From assembly GCA_036170655.1 (NCBI GenBank), contig JAVHPP010000093.1:1-12402 (forward strand): a stretch of 12,402 nt of DNA. Direction: 5' to 3'. Made by a program: the position numbers and the translations under genes. The notes beneath the pieces were generated by a model that saw only the letters and a program-made list of their open reading frames with translations, had not been told where the DNA came from and made no database searches. The stretch comes from Candidatus Zixiibacteriota bacterium (GTDB taxonomy: Bacteria > Zixibacteria > MSB-5A5 > WJJR01). Positions 8,411 to 12,402 of the stretch are shown in pieces; position 1 is the first letter of the stretch, and each line of letters begins with the position of its first letter.

Positions 8411-8453
8411 GAAAATAAAATGCGTGGGGGCGTGCCGCACACGCCCCCACGCA
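8411..8453 (-). terminator. Rho-independent terminator of the 104-aa gene
   Basis: Perfect 14-bp stem TGCGTGGGGGCGTG / CACGCCCCCACGCA with a 5-nt loop (8421-8453), followed on the minus strand by TTTTATTTTC. It lies 31 bp after the stop at 8485. Confidence 0.85.
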
Positions 8454-8484
8454 ACAAGAACCTGCCGTCCAACTGCCCGCGCGG

Positions 8485-8799
8485 CTACTTGCCGCTCGCG
8501 TCCCGTGACTTCTGTGCTTTCCCCAGCCCGCTCTTGAGATCGTCGGCATTCATCACCGGCGTCAGATCGACCGTGGCATTCAGCGATAGGAAGAACGGCT
8601 CGACGAGCATCGGAATCTCGGAGACGTCTTTCAGATCGAACACGAATAGCCCGGACCTTTTCCCATTGTCGGGGAAGAAATACGCCGCCTCCGGCTTCAA
8701 TCGCTCCAGCATCGAACCAATGACTTTCGGCAGCGATCCATCCTTGACCGCCTGGTTCGATGTCTCCACGGGCATGGTGATTCTCAACATCATTCGCAT
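8485..8799 (-). CDS. Conserved hypothetical protein (104 aa; DUF3303-like small alpha/beta protein)
   Basis: GAGGAG RBS, its own terminator, and the pattern MRMML.I.MPVE..N.A.KDG.L...KPEAAYF....G.R....VFD......IP...EP.F..L.A.V...PVM..DDL, which I recognise as a widespread uncharacterised family. The family name is tentative. Confidence 0.8.
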   Translation of the reverse strand: MRMMLRITMPVETSNQAVKDGSLPKVIGSMLERLKPEAAYFFPDNGKRSGLFVFDLKDVSEIPMLVEPFFLSLNATVDLTPVMNADDLKSGLGKAQKSRDASGK

Positions 8800-8858
8800 T
8801 GTGTGACTCCTCGATAAAGGTTAACTGTTGCTGCCCCATATAGGACAGATTTAGTTTT

Positions 8859-8864
8859 ATTATA
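8859..8864 (-). promoter_or_regulatory. Putative -10 element (TATAAT) for the 104-aa gene
   Basis: Perfect TATAAT on the minus strand in an AT-rich stretch about 60 nt upstream of ATG 8799. Weak -35. Confidence 0.45.
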
Positions 8865-9277
8865 CACAACAAGAGACAAGAGCGCCACATTCTGTGGTGC
8901 AGGGTGCAGGGTTCGGGGCGGCGATAACCGGCAGTGGTACCACGCGGGACTGGCCGAGGGCATTGACGGGGGTCAGCTTGAACTGTGCCACTTCGATCCC
9001 TGGGGCGTATTGGAGAACTAATGAATGGGAACCCGGCTGTTTCCGGGGGGATCTCTGATCTTCGTCCGGGGAAACGACGATCATATTGTCAGAGACTCGA
9101 GAAGGAGGGTTGTCAAACAGGAGATTGTCGTTATCTTACAACGGGGAGTGGGATTAGTTCCGTGCCCATCCCGTACAAGTTGTGATTTCATCAGGGGTTC
9201 CCCGCCCTCGTGGTGACTACGCAGTAAGGAAGTCAGACTTTGAACGCAAGAGCAGCCGCAGCATACCAGGAGGAATA

Positions 9278-11497
9278 ATGCGTCCCATCATGCGCACAGG
9301 TCTCGCCGGCCTGATCGGTTTGTTGGTTGTCATCGGTTCCTTGTACTCAACCGCCGGGGCCTACACGCTAACGACGGCCGACCGGGCATTTCTCAGCCGT
9401 AAGATTGTGGCCCGCTGGCATATCACTGGCCAGGGGCAGGTCGAAGAAGCGTACCGCCGTGGCCTTGATGTCTGGGAAGAACATCTCGACCGCAGGGCAC
9501 GGTATTTCACGATCATGCTGTCCGACTCGCAACTGGTTTCGCTGCGCCAAGCCGGTTACCAGATCGAGGTCATGAACGACGACTGGTACAAGACATTCAA
9601 GGAAGCCGCCGTCGTCCCGAACGGCGGGTTTCGCACCCCTGACCAGTGCTATGCGTTGATGGATTCGATCCACAATAATCATCCCGCCATCACAACGGCG
9701 AAGTTCAGTATCGGTTTCACCTACGAAGGCCGCGAGATGTGGGCGATGAAGATTTCGGACAATCCCGACATCGACGAAGACGAACCGGAGGTTCTCTTCG
9801 ACGGGATGCACCACGCCCGTGAGCCGATCGGGATGGAGGTTTGCTTAGAGACCATGCGCCGCCTGACCGATGGGTACGGTGTGGATACGCTGATCACGCG
9901 GCTGGTCAACGAACGCGAAATATACTTCATCCCCATCGTCAACGTGGATGGGTACCAATACAACGTGGACCTCGACACTGCGGGCGGCGGACAGTGGCGG
10001 AAGAATCGGGAGGACAACCCCGACGGATCGTTTGGGGTCGATATCAACCGAAACTACGGGTACAATTGGGGGTACAACAACACGGGATCATCCCCCACTC
10101 CAGCCGCTGAGACATACCGCGGTCCCGCGGCGTTCTCCGAACCGGAGACACAGAACATGCGGGCCTTTATCAACTCGCGGCATTTTGTCTTCGTGCTCAA
10201 TTATCATTCCTACTCAAACCTGTATCTCTGGGCATGGGGATATGATTACATCTACACGCCGGACGAGGCATTCTTCAACGCGGTGGGCGATTCGCTGGCC
10301 ACCTACAACGGGTTCACACCGATGGTCGGCTGGGGATTGTATCCAACGAACGGGGACTCCGACGACTGGGGGTATGGCGCTACCGGCGAGCACACCAAGA
10401 TATACTCCATCACGCCGGAAGTGGGCAGTGAGGGTGACGGATTCTGGCCGCCGGTCAGCCGTATCCCAACCCTGATCGAAGAGAACCAGGGACCGAACTT
10501 AGTCATTATTGATCTGGCGCAGACGCCGGAACGCATCTATCCGCCCGCGATGCCTGCATGGCTGACGCCAGGAACGGTGAGTTCCCCTAACTATTCGCTG
10601 GTTTGGTCTGATCCGGGAGGACCCAACGGCGCGGTGGCATTTCGTCTGGAGGAGTTGTTCGGCCCGCATATCAAGACAGATAATGCCGAAGGTGGGATGG
10701 TGGACTGGACAGCCAGCGGGTTCACTCTCTCGACCACGCGAACTGCCTCCGGGACACACAGCTACGACGGCGGACATACCAACAGCACGAACAGCCGCTT
10801 GCTTACCAATGAATACCGCCGATTGGAACCGGGAGACTCGCTCCGCTGCAAAGTTTGGTATGATATTGAGGACGGCTGGGACTATGCTTATGCCGAAGTT
10901 TCTACAGACGGCGTCCTTTTCAATACGCTCCCCGGAAACGTCACGACCAACAACAACCCGCATGGCCAGAACCGGGGGAACGGCATCACCGGGAGTTCCG
11001 GAGGCGTGTTTGTGAACGCTGCCTTCAGCCTCGCACCGTACGTGGGACAGGACGCGCTGATCCGCTTCTCGTACCAGACTGATCAGGCGGTGCTGGGCTC
11101 TGGGTTCTACGTGGATGACATTGGGCCCTTGCTGGCGTACGATTCGGTCAAGACGCTGGCGGCAGCAATGCCTGGAACGACCTTCGCCGTGACCGGCAAG
11201 GCCATTGGTGACTACCGCTATCGTGTCCTTTCCACCGACGCACAGGGACAGAAGAGCCCAAGGACCCCAGTCAAGATTGTGACTGTGTACTTCTTGGCCA
11301 ATGGTGATATGAACAACGACGGGACACTCGACATACTGGACATCGTGCAACTGATCGATTTTGTGTTCAGCGGCGGTCAGGGAGCCGTGTTGCCGGGTGC
11401 CGAGGAATGCGATTGCATAGGTGGAGTCGATATCCTCGACATTGTTTTTCTCGTCGACCATGTTTTCAGCGGGGGACCGGCGCCCAATTGTCCATAG
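9278..11497 (+). CDS. Secreted M14 zinc carboxypeptidase (carboxypeptidase T-like) with immune-inhibitor-A-like beta-sandwich, FN3-like segment and C-terminal dockerin (739 aa)
   Basis: AGGAGG RBS before ATG 9278 and a signal peptide. M14 motifs HHARE (HxxE), WRKNR, GVDINRNY, NYHSY and catalytic TPEVG. InhA/M6-like WYDIEDGWDYAYAEVSTDG...GNGITGSSGG...GFYVDDI. Dockerin GDMNNDGTLDILDIVQLIDFVF...GGVDILDIVFLVDHVFSGGPAP. Confidence 0.93.
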   Translation: MRPIMRTGLAGLIGLLVVIGSLYSTAGAYTLTTADRAFLSRKIVARWHITGQGQVEEAYRRGLDVWEEHLDRRARYFTIMLSDSQLVSLRQAGYQIEVMNDDWYKTFKEAAVVPNGGFRTPDQCYALMDSIHNNHPAITTAKFSIGFTYEGREMWAMKISDNPDIDEDEPEVLFDGMHHAREPIGMEVCLETMRRLTDGYGVDTLITRLVNEREIYFIPIVNVDGYQYNVDLDTAGGGQWRKNREDNPDGSFGVDINRNYGYNWGYNNTGSSPTPAAETYRGPAAFSEPETQNMRAFINSRHFVFVLNYHSYSNLYLWAWGYDYIYTPDEAFFNAVGDSLATYNGFTPMVGWGLYPTNGDSDDWGYGATGEHTKIYSITPEVGSEGDGFWPPVSRIPTLIEENQGPNLVIIDLAQTPERIYPPAMPAWLTPGTVSSPNYSLVWSDPGGPNGAVAFRLEELFGPHIKTDNAEGGMVDWTASGFTLSTTRTASGTHSYDGGHTNSTNSRLLTNEYRRLEPGDSLRCKVWYDIEDGWDYAYAEVSTDGVLFNTLPGNVTTNNNPHGQNRGNGITGSSGGVFVNAAFSLAPYVGQDALIRFSYQTDQAVLGSGFYVDDIGPLLAYDSVKTLAAAMPGTTFAVTGKAIGDYRYRVLSTDAQGQKSPRTPVKIVTVYFLANGDMNNDGTLDILDIVQLIDFVFSGGQGAVLPGAEECDCIGGVDILDIVFLVDHVFSGGPAPNCP

Positions 11498-11526
11498 CAG
11501 AGAATCGAGTGCGTTTGATTGGAATG

Positions 11527-11559
11527 GAGAGGGCGCCTTCGTCAGGCGCCTTTTCTCTT
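11527..11559 (+). terminator. Rho-independent terminator after the carboxypeptidase
   Basis: GAGAGGGCGCCT-TCGTC-AGGCGCC followed by TTTTCTCTT, about 30 bp after the stop at 11497. Confidence 0.8.
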
Positions 11560-11601
11560 GCAGGAGCATCTCTATCTCAGATCGCTCATATTCATGCGTT
11601 C

Positions 11602-11631
11602 TTGCCTGGACCGTCAGATACACGCTATGTT
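11602..11631 (+). promoter_or_regulatory. Putative sigma70-type promoter for the last gene
   Basis: TTGCCT-N18-TATGTT, the same architecture as the candidate moaC promoter, 29 nt before ATG 11661. Confidence 0.35.
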
Positions 11632-11660
11632 GCGCCATGCTTTTCTGCCCTGCAGAAGCG

Positions 11661-12402
11661 ATGTCCTCAATCAAAGAGGGAATCAGAAGACAAAGATCTG
11701 TAGGGGCACGGCTTGCCGTGCCCGTTGACGGATTCTTGTCAAATACTCAGAAACAGGCACGGCAAGCCGTGCCACTACGCGCGGCTGTTGTGCTGTGGCT
11801 CGTGGCGTTGTTCGGTGTCCTCAGCGCGCAGAATGTGCTGGCCAAAGTCGATGTTCGCTTGGACGGACGGGACCTCGTTATTTACGACTCCTTGAGCGAA
11901 CCCCGGTTCGATACAAACGCGTGCTATACCGTCAAGCCCAACTCCGTTTGGCGCACAGAACTGGGCGCCTATGAATTTGTGTCTGGCCGTCTGTGTTTTT
12001 TTGCGTCCGTAGCCGGGGTGCCTACCGGGTGCTGGTTCCGAGGCCATGGCCGGTTGACCTTTCGCCCCCCATCCTCCATCGAGCGGGAACAACTCAGGCG
12101 ATTTTGCGGCGATACGGTGTTGAATGCGCAATTCGATGAGCTCTATCTCCGGTTTTTCGATCCGGGCCGGGCGAACCAATTGAAGACCTGTACGGCTGAA
12201 CGTCTGCCATCCTCGCTACGTCCAGACGATGTTCCTGCTCATTTCGCCAAGGACGTCGGGCGCGACCTGTCACTGGACCTGCCAGCACGAGGCTGGGAAC
12301 TGATCAGAAACGGGGACACCTCTGGCGTGTTTCTCTATGTCAGGCCAATGCTGAGCGGACAGCGCCCCCTGCACTTTGTTTTGGACGAGACGGCAGAGGA
12401 AG
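11661..12402 (+). CDS. Secreted protein, 3'-truncated by window; N-terminus resembles those of large M1-family aminopeptidases
   Basis: Hand translation is open to the window end: MSSIKEGIRRQRS[VGARLAVP...QAVPL]RAAVVLWLVALFGVLSAQNVLA-KVDVRLDG...GRLCFFASVAGVPTGCWFRGHGRLTFRPPSSIEREQLRRFCGDTVLNAQFDELYLRFFD... The 'TG..F.G.G.....PP...ER.QL.RF.G...L...F..LYLRF.D' pattern is one I associate with M1 peptidase N-termini. The HEXXH motif is outside the window. Alternative starts are ATG 11637 and GTG 11769. Confidence 0.75.
   Translation, partial: MSSIKEGIRRQRSVGARLAVPVDGFLSNTQKQARQAVPLRAAVVLWLVALFGVLSAQNVLAKVDVRLDGRDLVIYDSLSEPRFDTNACYTVKPNSVWRTELGAYEFVSGRLCFFASVAGVPTGCWFRGHGRLTFRPPSSIEREQLRRFCGDTVLNAQFDELYLRFFDPGRANQLKTCTAERLPSSLRPDDVPAHFAKDVGRDLSLDLPARGWELIRNGDTSGVFLYVRPMLSGQRPLHFVLDETAEE
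11700..11778. repeat. GTAG-type REP doublet (REPIN-like)
   Basis: GTAGGGGCACGGCTTGCCGTGCCC (11700-11723, +) and GTAGTGGCACGGCTTGCCGTGCCT (11778-11755, -) are 22/24 identical and inverted. The 31-nt spacer contains TTGAC-N8-GTCAA. Confidence 0.9.

Noticed and set aside
8285..8890. 201-aa minus ORF and 160-aa plus ORF overlapping the 104-aa gene
   Set aside because: They cross the terminator hairpin and lack an RBS. The 8485-8799 frame has the RBS and the conserved-looking sequence.
8945..9005. SAM-I-like GGGACTGGCC and tRNA T-loop-like TTCGATCCC
   Set aside because: The other SAM-I elements (ATCxAGAG, GCAACC, GTGCxAAxTCC) are not in order, and no cloverleaf or paired T-stem can be built.
9025..9243. 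Cobalamin-riboswitch-like fragments (GGGAACCCGG...CCGGG; AAGTCAGA)
   Set aside because: The loop is not the TGxAAT T-loop, the CCCGCxACTGT/GCCACTG and ACCTGCC elements are missing, and the downstream gene is unrelated to B12.
10499..11674. 391-aa minus-strand ORF
   Set aside because: Antisense shadow of the carboxypeptidase with no recognisable motifs. Long shadow ORFs are common at this GC content.
11700..11778. REP units as a mini-CRISPR array
   Set aside because: Only two units, in inverted rather than direct orientation, and no cas genes.

Overview
GC-rich bacterial chromosomal window, probably from Zixibacteria or a related FCB-group lineage (inferred only from the style of the C-terminal dockerin, 'DILDIVFLVDHVFSGGPAP'). 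On the minus strand at left, a PAS sensor histidine kinase precedes aroC and two tandem single-barrel MetE-like genes. These look like a 'split' cobalamin-independent methionine synthase, and the second gene runs off the window edge. Divergently on the plus strand are a DUF2723/TMEM260-like membrane glycosyltransferase with a TPR and a small secreted cohesin-like protein. Next come moaC and a small conserved hypothetical gene (both minus), a secreted M14 carboxypeptidase with an InhA-like beta-sandwich and a dockerin, and the start of a secreted protein resembling M1 aminopeptidase N-termini that the ORF track missed. There are two REP-type palindromic doublets, one CGTC-type and one GTAG-type, and two intrinsic terminators. 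The most notable items are a possible non-cellulosomal cohesin-dockerin peptidase system, a REP doublet apparently inserted in frame in a signal peptide, and the split MetE. No tRNA, rRNA, CRISPR array or transposase was seen.
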